DNA of 64,000 bases, from contig CM119263.1 of assembly GCA_051294375.1 (NCBI GenBank), positions 4,234,161 through 4,298,160 on the forward strand. The letters are read 5' to 3'. The notes below the pieces were generated by a model. That model had not been told where the DNA came from, made no database searches, and saw only the letters and a program-made list of their open reading frames with translations. Below, piece after piece: positions 30,143 to 44,011 of the stretch. Both the position numbers and the translations under genes were made by a program. How positions within the stretch are numbered: the stretch's first letter is position 1; every line of letters starts with the position of its first letter. The DNA is from Paraspadella gotoi (taxonomy: Eukaryota > Animalia > Chaetognatha).

Positions 30143-30522
30143 GAAAAAAGGAAATTCGAAATGCTGGTGGTATGAAAGTTATAGAAAATCTGACCATAGT
30201 GACTTGATAATCATGACCTTTTATGTCTGGTGTAATGGGGGCAGTAAATAGACCCAAAAAATTCAATCATTAAGTCAGTCAATCAACCCTTTCAAATAGA
30301 CTTCTGCGAAATTTTTTCTCTTCACTCAAAAATTTATTTTCTTCACTAAAAAATTTCGCAGAACAAGCTATTTGAAAGGGTTGATTGACTAACTTAATGA
30401 TTACATTTTTTGGGTTTATTTTCTGCCTTCATTACGCAAGACATAAAAGGTCATGATTTTCAAGTCACTATGCCCAGATTTTTTATAACTTTCATGCCAC
30501 CAGCATTTCGAATTTCCTTTTT
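30143..30522. mobile_element. ~380-bp foldback element / MITE (long imperfect inverted repeat)
   Basis: Left arm aaaaggaaattcgaaatgctggtggtatgaaagttata...ttctgcgaaatttttt pairs with right arm aaaaaatttcgcagaa...tataactttcatgccaccagcatttcgaatttcctttt. Spacer ~30 bp. Confidence 0.85.
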
Positions 30523-30763
30523 TGCGTAAATTGTAAAATTTATTATAAATTTTTTTCATACATAAATGTTCATTAGTATAATGTTGTTCGTTCCTCACTT
30601 TTAGAATTTTAATTAAATTTAAATTTACAAATTTTACTACGCCTTATTGGGACAAGGTCTTTAGCGATTGCCGAAGCGAAGGAATGGGAGAAGTTTTCGA
30701 AGATAACATTAAGGTTTACGAATGAAAAGATTTTGTTAATTATCTCTGCCACTCTCTCTCTCT

Positions 30764-30835
<72 letters not shown>

Positions 30836-31274
30836 CTCCATCCTCCTCCAGTAATTTGTTCACTGTTGATTTTTGTTCTTATGATGATACAATCGTTTTT
30901 CACGAAAATACAAACAGAAAACCAAACTATCTTTGTGTTGTTTATAGCATAAACTTTAACAGTTGAGCACTAAAAAAATTACAGTTATGGCGTATCGTTA
31001 ATGCCCAAATTCCCATTTAGTTATTATAAGTATTATAAGTATTATATAAGTATAAGTATTCTATATAAGTATTATAAGTATTATAAATATAAGAGATTTA
31101 TCAGTTTTATAATTGATGGAAACGAAAGCCTTTTTGGATAATATAAAAAAAAAACTTATACTGCGGAAAAAAAAATGAATTTCGTCAGAAGATGTCAAAG
31201 ATTTGAGACTGACAGCCTTGTCGTTTTTATCGTCGTCGTTGTCGTCGTCTTCATCATCGTGGTCCTCTTTTCGA

Positions 31275-31312
<38 letters not shown>

Positions 31313-32146
31313 TCGATACCAACCTGGCGTCGAATTTCCCGCGGAGAAAAAAAATCGGTTCGACGTCTGCCGAAATGGAAGGATGCTTGCTGGAAAGTCT
31401 GCTTGCTTGCAGTTTTTTCAAGCTATTCTTTTGGTTCGTAATATGTAGTTTCTGTCATAATTTATCTTCAATGGAACTCATTAATATTAAATGAGTACAG
31501 GGTTCGGAACCAAAACCTATAAAAATGGTATTATCCATACAAATAAACGCATATCTCCTAAATCGTTTGAAGGATACTAATGAAAATTATATCAAATATA
31601 AACAAAAGGTAGAGAAGTCTTATTCTTTACGTACGGCGTATTCCGAACTTTTACGGCCTCTTCAGGAGGGGGGAAAAGTTTGTCTTTGTAAATATGTCTT
31701 TACAAAGTTTCGTTCATTGAAAATTATAAATTTTAATTCCGGAAACTGTACAAAATTTGAACGTTAGGTCGGCTCTTTTTACGAACAATCCGCATTCTGC
31801 AATATCCGATAAAAAGTGTGCAATATTTCCTGACTTTGTGCAATGTGCAATGCAAAGGTGTAACAGTCTCTGATTTTTAACCTTCGTGGAGGAGAGAACT
31901 TCCTCGTCAACTGCCCTTCCTCCTCCTCCTCCTTTTCTCCCCCAGGATGGAGTCGTCCTCAGCCCGTCAGCCACTGACTCTCTTCTTTTTAGTCAATAAT
32001 TTATAACGCAGCTGAAAGGCGAAAGCAGAAAGAGAAAAAAAAAGAAAAAAATCAGAGAAAGAAAATGGGAAAATATATGGGGGGAAAAAACTATCGCATT
32101 GGGAAGCTTATGGCTCTGCGGGGGGGGGAAGAGAGAGGGTAGAAGG

Positions 32147-32238
<92 letters not shown>

Positions 32239-32917
32239 AAGAGAGACAGACTGACTTACAGACAGATCCACAAACAAACAGACAGTCACAACGTGATTCT
32301 CGCAGCCTAAAAAAAACAAAATAGTCTGAGACCTAGAGAAAGACGGACAGCCAGAGAAAGGATAATAGACAGAAAGAGAGAAAGACATAAGGAAAGAGAG
32401 AGAGAAAAAAAGAGAGAGATTTTTCTGCGGAGAGTTTTACATTTCCCAAGCCCGCCTCCCGTTCATGGAAGCCAGGCGAGAGTCGCCGGCGTCACCTTAT
32501 CCCTCATTCGTGTCGGTGCGGATTCGTTGAAAGGTGAGGGAGTCGGATGAAGGTGGGTGAGCGGCAAAGCGAGGTAGGGAAATATGGGCCAGAGAGTGTG
32601 GAACTATGGGCGAGAGTGTGGAACTATGGGCGTGTCAGCCCGAAAAAACATCATCATGATTCGAGAAGAGAAAAAGAGGATCGAGTTTCCTTTTCTTCGC
32701 CTTTGATCAGTTTCGCCGCCGAATGCCACACTCCACCTTGGCCATTTGCCTTCAACGGAATTTGCCATTCGCCATCGAGCCATTTGCCATCCGCTGAGAC
32801 TTAACTCTTTCCGTCTGCTACCTCTCTCAGTATCCCGCGCTCTCCAACTGTCCTTATGTATAGTTATAACTGTAGTTTAGGTTAATTTCATTCTCTTCTC
32901 TGTCCATTATTTGTACA

Positions 32918-33060
32918 TTTGAAACATTCTTTGAAATATTATACCACTTCATAGATAGGGAAGCCTGGAAGTAAATAAACGAGACTGTGAGAGAGTCTTG
33001 ATTAAAAGCTTGCAAGGACCTGATATGTCTTGTAAGAGTGATGGAGGCCACCAAAGCCTA
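32918..33060 (+). mobile_element. Internally deleted copy of repeat R1
   Basis: gaaacattctttgaaatattataccacttc...gagactgtgagagagtcttgattaaaagcttgca...gtgatggaggccaccaaagcct matches 22410-22550. Confidence 0.8.
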
Positions 33061-33764
33061 AAAAAAAGAACAACAAAAACCTCTAGGGTCGAATGAAAGT
33101 GGAGGAGAGAGAGAGAGAGAGAGTAAATAAATAAATAAATAAGGAAATCCGATTCTTTTTTGACAAAATCTTACTTAAAGGCCAAAAATTCGTATTGAGC
33201 CGTGTTTGTAATAATAACAAACATTATTATTTTTAAATTTTTACAACCAGCATCATGAACAGGCTATGGTTGGTGGAGGCCTCCGTATCTTTTCCCAGAG
33301 CACCCGGCTCTGAATGAAGTATAATATTTCTAATAATTAATAACTATTCCGTTATAATTTTATATTTTTCAGTTCCCGTTTTTCTTTAACACAATTATGC
33401 CAATCATTTTTTCCCGTCCCATTATATTAAATTTCAAACATTTCTTCTTCTTAAAAAAAGATAAAACCTACCTTTGCCTTACCTTCGTCAAATTGATTTC
33501 TCAGGTTTCCATCACTCGCTCGAATTACTTCGCAGCCCCAATCTTTTTCACATCACATTTCTATTCTTCCTTCAAATCTTTTTCTGTAAAAATCCATCAC
33601 AAAACCATCACAAAATCATCACTAAATCATCACAAAACCATCACAAAACCATCGCAAAATCATCACATATATTCACCCTGGACAAACAATTTTAAACTCA
33701 CCATTTTTTCCCTTTTTTCAACTAGAATTTAAAATTAAATAAGTTTCAAAAGTTTCAAGATTAA

Positions 33765-33962
33765 GTTAAGGGTTAGGGATAAAGATTGGGTGAGGGTTTA
33801 TGGCAGAGAATAGGGTTAGGGATTATGATTAGGATTAGATTATATTAGATAAGATAAAATTGGTTAGAGATTTGGTTATGAAATAGGATTAGGGGATAAG
33901 GGGATAAGGTTAGGGATTTAGGTTAAGAATTAGGTTAGAGTTTTAAGGTTAAGAATTAGAAA
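33765..33962 (+). repeat. Degenerate interstitial TTAGGG/TTAGG-like tract
   Basis: Scattered ttagggttaggg, ttaggatt and ttaggtt units. Confidence 0.55.
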
Positions 33963-34503
33963 TAGATATTACATTATATATCTATATCAAAATAAATTTC
34001 TGGGATTAGGAACAGAAATGGGACGCTTTTGAAAAAAAATTGCCAAACCCCATTCCTCTTTCCTCCCTAATTTCATTCACCACTCCAAATATCTTTCACA
34101 TCAAACTCCCCCTCCCCCCCAAATTTCAACGCTTTTCTTTCCGCGTTCTGATTCCATGGAATTTCTTTCTTTTTCTCTCGATTTTCTCTTTTGTTGGACG
34201 AAAAAGAATGAAAATCAGAAAAAATCTTCGAGACCGAGACTCCCTTTAAAAAAAAAACTAGAGCCGTGCACCGACTTATAAGCCCTTATGACGGAGGGAG
34301 AGAGAGTGAGAGAGAAAGAGAGTCACACTCGTGGGTGGCTGGCGTGACTGTGTGAGGTTGTGTCCCAGAAGATCGACCCCCGTTGACCTTTGACCTCCAC
34401 CGCCACTGAAATCGCTTCATATTGAATTAGATTAAAAAACTTATTTCTTTCTGCTTTTCTGCCCTTTTTGATTTTTTTTCTAGTTTACAGATTATTCATG
34501 GGA

Positions 34504-34545
<42 letters not shown>

Positions 34546-34652
34546 TCTCTCCTCTCTATCCTCTCTCTCCATCTCTCTCTCTCTCTCTCTCTCCCATCTT
34601 TCTGACTAGAACGCTAAAAATTTTATGATGGGTTTTGACGAGAGTGACCGAT

Positions 34653-34748
<96 letters not shown>

Positions 34749-34827
34749 TTTATGGGACACATATTAAACGATTTCTCGATAAAGCGGTCTCGTAATTTGT
34801 CAAGGTCATTCATCTCAAAACGACTTT

Positions 34828-35681
34828 TACTAGTTTTAATGAAATTTAATTATCTACTGAGTTCAATCTTAGATTTGTTAACGAGGAATTTTTTAGTTAA
34901 ATTTTGACGTTTAGTTAATGAAAAGTTTTCTTCTTCACTGTTAAGGGCACTGGAGAACGCGATGCCCTTTTATTCTCGAATAACGTCCTGACTTTGGAAA
35001 CTTCTTTGTTATCTTATTCATTTAATATATATTTCTGAAAAAATATTGTATAGAAATCTCGTCAACCTACCTATTAGGGAATTCTTTAATATAATCTGTT
35101 AAATATTCTTATAAATACTTTTAAGACAAATATCATCTTTGAGTTAACTCTACTTTTTGATATTCAATATTTTCTTTGCTCTAATCTGTCTTTGTTTCTT
35201 TTTTTCTTTTTTTTTTTTGAAAATAAAAAAAAATGTTTTTCTACGTTTCTTTTTTTTTACTTTTTTAAAATTTTTTTTTCTATTTTTTTTTTCATATTTT
35301 TCGTCCGAAAACTTAATCTGTTTTTCTTTTCTTTTCTCTTTCTGTCAACTTTCATTTTTTTTCCTCTCATTCCTTTCCTCCTTTCCTCCTTTTATCTTCC
35401 TCTTACGTTTTATGATTGATTTCTTTTCCATTTTTTTCTCTCCATTTTCTTTTTTTTTTAGTTTCGCCATTTTTCTCTTTTTATTTTTATTTTTTTGAAA
35501 AATGTTTTCATTTTCTTCCATTTTTTTTGTTCCGCCTCAAGAAAAGTTTTTTCAAGTTTTGATTTTTTTAAACCTTTTTTTTTCTTTCACTCAAATTTAT
35601 TTTTTATCTCTTTCCTTTTGTTTCCATTAATACTTGACTCTTTTCCTAGAATTCCTCACTACTGTTTTCCTTATTATGTAT

Positions 35682-35714
<33 letters not shown>

Positions 35715-35770
35715 GTGCATCTCGACACGAACGTGAAACTGGACACCGATCAAGCCATCGAGGGCAGGAA

Positions 35771-35801
<31 letters not shown>

Positions 35802-37041
35802 GACGGGGTCCAAAAGAGAAAGCGTGTTCAAAAAGGAGAACAGGGTGAGGAAAAAGAAAGGCTAAGCAAAAAGGGGAGGAGAGGTAAGTTTATGGGGAAA
35901 AATAAAAGCAGAGAGAATAAAAAATAAAGTTTTATTTTAAAAGTTTCGCACTAATTTATTGATAGAAAACCCAGTGATGCGGGAGTTTCGAAATTAGACT
36001 GGGAAGAGTTTTGATCGAGAGTTCGAAGGGTCCTGCTACCTTACTAAATTGTAAGAGAGATTTCACCCTTAACCTACCTTAGCCTGTACAAAGTCAGGTT
36101 ACAAGATTGCTTATTCATTGAACAAATGTCTAATTTTTACATTGATATATCCTATTTTATGTAAAAAGTACAATATCTCGGAAATTTAGACTTTCATTCG
36201 ATTGGGTGGGGAGAGGGTAAGCATAGAGGGTAAGAGGGAGGCGTGGGTGCAGGGAAACTTGGCATGGGGGCATGAATTTAGTTTTGAAGGGAAAATGCTT
36301 GGTTCGATGCTGTTGTCAACGTCGTCGTTGTCGTCTTTGTCTTCTTTGTTGTTATTGTCGTTGTTATTGATCCCAGAACCAAGCCCGAAGCAAAAAGAGA
36401 GAATTCCGACGTAATTCGGTTTTGAAGTTCGAGTGATTTGTCATTCATCGAAAAAGATGTAGGGTGATGGGTTCATCTCGTGAGCCTCGACAGACGTAAG
36501 TAAGTCAATCTAAGGAAAGGTAAGAAATCCGAGGGTCATCCGTTGATCGAATTTTGGACATGAAGGCACATTTGGGACAGGGTAGAATATTAATTGACAT
36601 GACTAGACGGGACATGATGAGTCATGATGCGACTTTGTCATAACCATCCCATTCACAATTTCGACAAGGCTATCCGTAAGTGCAGACTGTGCTCTCTCTC
36701 GCAGACGAAAGAAAATCCAAGATGGCGACGAAAGAAAATCCAATATGGCGGCGAAAGAAAACTAAAAATGGCGGCTAAAAGAGAGCCTCAAAATGGCGAC
36801 CGCAGAGGGCGTCTCCCTTTTTTTCTGAGGGAATTTGACAGAAAAAAAGTCTTCCTTCGCAAAATCGAAACAGAATTCGAAATTTGGAGAAAAAAAAAGA
36901 AAAATAAAAAAGGAATAAAAAAGTTATTGGCGAAAAACGACGCATCTGAGAACGAGTCCGTTTGTGGGTGGGGGGACAGGGGGAGAAGGGATGGGAAGGG
37001 ATGGGCCGATTGAGAGGAGAGAGAGAGAGAGAGAGGAGAGT

Positions 37042-37096
<55 letters not shown>

Positions 37097-38064
37097 CGCA
37101 GAGANNNNNNNNNNNNNNNNNNNNNNNNNTTTACTAGTTTAATGAGAATTTATTATCTACTGAGTTCAATTCTTAGATTTGTAAAGAGGAATTTTTAGTT
37201 AAATTTTGACGTTTAGTTAATTCGAAAAGTTTTCTTCTTCACTTTGTTAGGGCACTGGAGAACGCGATGCCCTTTTATTCTCGAATAACGTCCTGACTTT
37301 TGGAAACTTCTTTGTTATCTTATTCATTTAAATATATATTTCTGAAAAATATTGTATTAGAAATCTCGTCAACGCTACCTATTAGGAATTCTTTAATATA
37401 ATCTGTTAAATATTCTTATAAATACTTTTAAGACAATATCATCTTTGAGTTAACATCTACTTTTTGATGTATTCAATATTTTCTTTGCTCTAATGCTGTC
37501 TTTGTTTCTTTTTTCTTTTTTTTTTTTGAAAATAAAAAAATGTTTTTCTACGTTTCTTTTTTTTTACTTTTTAAAATTTTTTTTTCTATTTTTTTTTTTT
37601 CATATTTTCTGCGTCCGAAAACTAATCTGTTTTTCTTTTCTTTTTCTCTTTCTGTCAACTTTCAATTTTTTTTCCTCTCATTCCTATTCTCCTCCTTTCT
37701 CCTTTTATCTTCCTTTTCACGTTTTATGATTGATTTTCTTTTCCATTTTTCTCTCCATTTTCCTTTTTTTTTTTAGTTTCGCCATTTTTCTCTTTTATTT
37801 TTATTTTTTTGAAAAATGTTTTTTCATTTTCTTCCATTTTTTTTGTTCCGCCTCAAGAAAGTTTTTTTCAAAAGTATGTTTGATTTTTTAAGACCTTCTT
37901 GTTTTTTCTTTCACTCAAATTTATTTTTTTATCTCTTTCCTTTTGTTTCCTTTATACTTGACTCTTTTCCTAGAATTCCTCACTACTGTTTTCCTTATTA
38001 TGCGATTCTTCTCTTTTGCCCTCTCTCTCTCTCGTCTCTCTCTCTCCTCTCTTCCTCTCTCTCG

Positions 38065-38150
<86 letters not shown>

Positions 38151-39487
38151 ACTGCTCTAGTGCATCTCGACACGAACGTGAAACTGGACACCGATCAAGG
38201 CCATCGAGGGCAGGAAGAGCGATGACGGACGACGACGACGACGACGAGACGACGGGGTCCAAAGAGAGAAAGCGTGTTCAAAAAGAGAGACGGTGAGGAA
38301 AAAGAAAGGCTAAGCAAAAAAGGGGAGGAGAAGGTAAGTTTATGGGGAAAAATAAAAGCGAGAGGAGAATAAAAATAAAGTTTTATTTTAAAAGTTTCGC
38401 ACTAATTTAATGATAGAAACCAGTGATGCGGGAGTTTGAAAATTAGACTGGGAAGAGTTTTGATCGAGAGTTCGAAGGGTCCTGCTACCTTACTAAATTG
38501 TTAAGAGAGATTTCACCCTAACCTACCTTAGCCTGTACAAAGTCAGGTTACAAGATTGCTTATTCATTGAACAAATGTCTAATTTTTTACATTGATATAA
38601 TCCTATTTTATGTATGATAAAAAAACAATAATTCTCGGAAATTTAGACTTTCATTGCGATTGGGTGGGGGAAGAGGTAAGCATAGAGGGTAAGAGGGAGG
38701 CGTGGGTGCAGGGAAACTTGGCATGGGGGCATGAATTTAAGTTTTGAAGGGAAAATGCTTGGTTCGATGCTGTTGTCAACGTCGTCGTTGTCGTCTTTGT
38801 CTTCTTTGTTGTTATTGTCGTTGTTATTGATCCCAGAACCCAAGCCCGAAGCAAAAAGAGAGAATTCCGACGTAATTCGGTTTGAAGTTCGAGGTGATTT
38901 TGTCATTCATCGAAAAAGATGTAGGGGTGATGGGTTCATCTCGTGAGGCCTCGACAGACGTAAGTAAGTCAATCTAAGGAAAGGTAAGAAATCCGAGGGT
39001 CATCGCTTGAATCGAATTTTGGACATGAAGGCACATTTGGGACAGGGTAGAATATTATTATTGACATGACTAGACGGACATGATGAGTCATGATGCGACG
39101 TTTGTCATAACCATCCCATTCACAATTTCGACAAGGCTATACGTAAGTGCAGACTGTGCTCTCTCTCGCAGACGAAAGAAAATCCAAGATGGCGACGAAA
39201 GAAAATCCAATATGGCGGCGAAAGAAAAACTAAAAATGGCGGCTAAAAGAGAGCCTCGAAATGGGCGACCGCAGAGGGCGTCTCCCTTTTTTTCTGAGGG
39301 AATTTGACAGAAAAAAAGTCTTCCTTCGCAAAATCGAAACAGAATTCGAAATTTGGAGAAAAAAAAAAGAAAATAAAAAAAAAAAGGAAATAAAAAAAAG
39401 TTATTGGCGAAAAACGACGCATCTGAGAACGAGTCCGTTTGTGGGTGGGGGGACAGGGGGAGAAGGGATGGAAAGGGATGGGCCGAT

Positions 39488-39518
<31 letters not shown>

Positions 39519-39520
39519 TG

Positions 39521-39576
<56 letters not shown>

Positions 39577-39590
39577 AGAGGAGGTGTATA
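34828..39590. other. Apparent ~2.3-kb tandem duplication (34828-37104 / 37130-39580) split by a 25-N gap; probable assembly artefact
   Basis: The copies differ mostly by single-base indels, a long-read error pattern. Confidence 0.8.
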
Positions 39591-39906
39591 AGTAAAAGGG
39601 TGGAGAAGTGGTGATGTAGGAGGGTGGAGTGGCATTTGTAAAAAGGGGGCGGTGGCGGATGGGGGATTAGAGAAAATAAAAGGAACGAAATTTTTTTTTC
39701 TTTTTTTCTTTTTACTAAAAAAAGAAAAGAGCGTAATTATTCAGAGAAAAATGGCCTACGAAACAAGGCCGTTGCCACGACGACAATGACGACGACAATG
39801 ACGACGACGAAGACGATGAGGAGACGACGACTGAGAAAGATTTTTTTGTTGTTTTTTGAGGGATGGTTTTGAGTCCTGGTTTCTATGGAAACGACTTGGG
39901 GTTCTA

Positions 39907-39995
39907 TGAATGAGTAACGATGAACGATGAATGAGTTACGATGAACGATGAATGAGCTACGATGAACGATGAATGAGTTACGATGAACGATGAAT
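39907..39995. repeat. 21-bp tandem repeat (gaatgagttacgatgaacgat) x4
   Basis: Direct. Confidence 0.85.
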
Positions 39996-40061
39996 GTGGT
40001 ACGATTTTTTTTTTCATTTTTTACCGCTTGCAATTTTCCGTTGTTAGTGTCCAGATATGTG

Positions 40062-40206
40062 CAGTGTGTCCCAATAGTACTGGGTGTTAAAATCTTATTT
40101 CTGAGATAATTTCAAAAAAATTGTTTAATTTATTAATTCAAGTTTTTGTAATCTGGTATGGGAGCAGTAAACTTTTATTAACGGCCAGTACCATTGGGAC
40201 ACACTG
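40062..40206. mobile_element. 145-bp MITE with ~29-bp TIRs, Tc1/mariner-like (CAGTG termini)
   Basis: Left end cagtgtgtcccaatagtactgggtgttaa; right end reverse-complements to cagtgtgtcccaatggtactggccgttaa. Right flank TA, left flank TG. Confidence 0.75.
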
Positions 40207-40238
40207 TAAGGACTCTTTGGTGTTCACGCGATGCGGTT

Positions 40239-40293
<55 letters not shown>

Positions 40294-40845
40294 ATTTTGA
40301 GGGGAGGGGCCGAGGGGGGTAGGACCCACCTGTTACTCTTTGGCTCTGAGGGACTTTCCTTTCCAAACGTTTTCTCAGCGCAGTCGAGGAAACTAATTGG
40401 AAGGGAAAAGATGTTCGGACGGAAAAAAAGGAAAAGGATTAAAAAAAAGGGAAAATAGGAAAAGGGGGGATAAAAGGGAAAGATGTAAAATGTAAAAGGA
40501 AACAAGAAAATAAGAAAATGATTAAAAGGAAAAGAGAAAAAAGTTAAAATAAAACAACACAATGAGAAAAAAATGAAAAAAATTGGGAACCAACAAAATT
40601 AAAAGGGTAAAATAGAAAAAAGAAAAAAGAAAAAATAAAAAATAAGAAGGTAAAAGGAAGAAGGAAAAAGAGGAAAAAAGAGGGAAAAAAGAAAATAAAC
40701 AGAAAAAAAAGGAAAAGGGAATAAAAAAGGAAGGAAAAAAAGAGCGAGATTCTCAAACGTTATGAAGGTAATAAACTGCGAAAAAATTACGGGGAGGAAG
40801 AAAGTCTTCTGGGGATGAGTTATGGGCTGGAGACCGACTCGGTCG

Positions 40846-40890
<45 letters not shown>

Positions 40891-40994
40891 TCGGCAACTT
40901 TGGACGTCGCCAATTCGACTCCCAAAACGGATCCGATTTCAGAATTCCATGACCAGAGATTTTCGAGGAAGACTACGACGACGACGACGACGGG

Positions 40995-41029
<35 letters not shown>

Positions 41030-41414
41030 AGTCAACTCAGAACATTTCTGCCAGTGACGACGTCGAAACTCGCTTCTTTCTTGTTTAAACTAAACTTGAA
41101 TATATAAATTCGTAAACATCAACGAAAATAGCAATTTTAAACGATTAATAAAAGTATAAAGCATCGGCGAATCAAAAATTATCTTCTTTTTTTTTTTTTC
41201 AAAAAACGGCGCCATTATTTTTGTGGTTGAAGAAGAGAAAAAGATGGCCGCGTTTCAATTAACGAGTTTGAAGCGACATCTGCGCAAAGAAGTAAAACAA
41301 AAGACATCGAGGATATAAATAAACGAAGGATATAAATAAAGGATTTAAAGGGAGTAAATTTTGATCTTTCTTTTTCTCTTTTTGCGACGAGCCTCTTTCT
41401 TTCTTAACCATCAG

Positions 41415-41540
<126 letters not shown>

Positions 41541-42120
41541 TTCAAAAAGACCTGAAATTTGTTTGTAACTCTCGTTAAAATTCGTCGTCGTCGTCAAAAA
41601 GGGTCAGAGTCAAAGTTTTACTGTCTCCCCGCGAGATGGCAGACGAAGAAAATTGATTCGCATCGATATAAAAATAGCAGACATGACAAAAGAACATCGC
41701 TCAATTCCCGGACAAGAACGAGATGACTATTTTCGTGGATGATTTGTTATCCGCTAAATTTAGGAAAGAGGAGGAGAGAGGGCGGTGGAGTGGGGAGGGG
41801 GGAGGGAGATGTAAAGGAGTTAAGTGGAAAGAAAGAGAACCCTTATAACGTGTTAATTTATAAAGATTTAATATTATTGAATTATAATTTATATATCTGG
41901 ACAGACAGACGAACAAACAGACAGAATGATAAGGGTCAAACGCAGGCAGTCAACTCAAAAAATTCGAAAAACAAACAAAACGGAACAGAGAGACGGACAT
42001 AAAGACGGACAGCTCTCGTCTCATGCAAAATGAAAACAAAACTAGGAAAACAAAATAAAAAAAAATAAAAACAAAGTCTCCCAATCAGTCTCGCAGAGGA
42101 CTATCGCGCCATCCTTCACA

Positions 42121-42209
<89 letters not shown>

Positions 42210-42219
42210 TTTCTCACTT

Positions 42220-43789
42220 CTCTTTCTCTCTCACCCAATTGAGCGTCTTTCGAAATGAGGGAAAAGCGGAAAAACAAAAAAATATATGTGCGAAAAAGAA
42301 AAAAAAATTTTTTTAAGGATTGCTGTTTATTGTGTTTTTTTTCTGGGTTTGGATTGCTTCTTTTTATTATTTTCGAAGCGCCATCTATGGCTTCCCACGA
42401 CGCCTCGGCCAAACGAGACGAAAGAGGGGGCAGCGCGAAGGGGGGAAGGAAGCTGAAAGAAAAAACAAAGGAATCATATAATCGAGGTTTGTTTTCTTTT
42501 TTGTTTATATTTTCTTTACGGGTTGCTTTCGTCAAGCATTGTGATGTGCTTTCATTCATTGACGCAAGTCTCTAGTAAAAAGAAACAATATGAGGTAAAC
42601 TTTAATTGATCTTTCGACTAGGAAAAAAATTACAAGCTCGTTAAATGTTGAGCTCCCTCTTCAGCAAAAAAAGTTTTATTAAACATCCACAAACGATGCT
42701 GCCTATGTTATGAACGAAAAAATAGAAAACAACATCATTGCATTATGTTTTATACATATAAAAAATATTTTTTTCCATGCGTTATCACCGATGATTACTT
42801 ACATCAGTCATCAATTATATATTGTGGTTTTTCCTTTTTTTTCCTCTTCCTCCTCTTCCTCCTACTTTCCCACCTCTCTAGAGTCAGGATTCCCAGGTCG
42901 TTGGGCAAAAGAAAAATTTGAATCTAATTTTAATTTATTCCACCTCCACAACAGACGAGAGAGACGANNNNNNNNNNNNNNNNNNNNNNNNNTCTCTTTC
43001 TCTCTCACCCAATGAGCGTCTTTTCGAAATGAGGGAAAAGCGAAAAACAAAAAAATATTATGTGGAGAAAAGAAAAAANNNNNNNNNNNNNNNNNNNNNN
43101 NNNNNNNNNNNNNNNNNNNNNNNNNNNNNNNNNNNNNNNNNNNNNNNNNNNNNNNNNNNNNNNNNNNNNNNNNNNNNNNNNNNNNNNNNNNNNNNNNNNN
43201 NNNNNNNNNNNNNNNNNNNNNNNNNNNNNNNNNNNNNNNNNNNNNNNNNNNNNNNNNNNNNNNGGGGGGGAAGGAAGCTGAAAGAAAAACAAAAGGAATC
43301 ATATAATCGATGGTTTGTTTTCTTTTTTTTGTTTATATTTCTTTCGGGTTTGCTTCGTCAAGCATTGTGATGTGCTTTCATTCATTGACGCAAGTCTCTA
43401 GTAAAAGAAACAATATGAGGTAAACTTTTAATTGATCTTCGACTAGAAAAAATTACAAGCTCGTTAAATGTGAGCTCCCTCGTCAGCAAAAAAAGTTTTA
43501 TTAAACATCACAAACGATGCTGCGATGTTATGAACGAAAAAATAGAAACAACATCATTGCATTATGTTTTATACATATAAAAAATATTTTTTCATGCGTT
43601 ATCACCGATGATTACTTAACATCAGTCATCAATTATATATTTGTGGTTTTTCCTTTTTTTTCCTCTTCCTCCTCTTCCTCCTACTTTTCTCCACCTCTCT
43701 AGAGTCAGGATCCCAGGTTCGTGGGCAAAAGAAAAATTTGAATCTAATTTTAATTTTTCCACCTCCACAACAGACGAGAGAGAGAGAGA
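42220..43789. other. Second apparent tandem duplication (~750 bp; 42220-42967 / 42992-43789) across a short N gap; probable assembly artefact
   Basis: Indel-dominated differences between the copies. Confidence 0.75.
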
Positions 43790-43975
43790 NNNNNNNNNNN
43801 NNNNNNNNNNNNNNNNNNNNNNNNNNNNNNNNNNNNNNNNNNNNNNNNNNNNNNNNNNNNNNNNNNNNNNNNNNNNNNNNNNNNNNNNNNNNNNNNNNNN
43901 NNNNNNNNNNNNNNNNNNNNNNNNNNNNNNNNNNNNNNNNNNNNNNNNNNNNNNNNNNNNNNNNNNNNNNNNNNN

Positions 43976-44011
<36 letters not shown>

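Noticed and set aside
42378-42392. CTCF-like motif (gcgccatctatggc), with a similar one near 51701
   Set aside because: Only the core half matches the consensus, so it is not distinguishable from chance.
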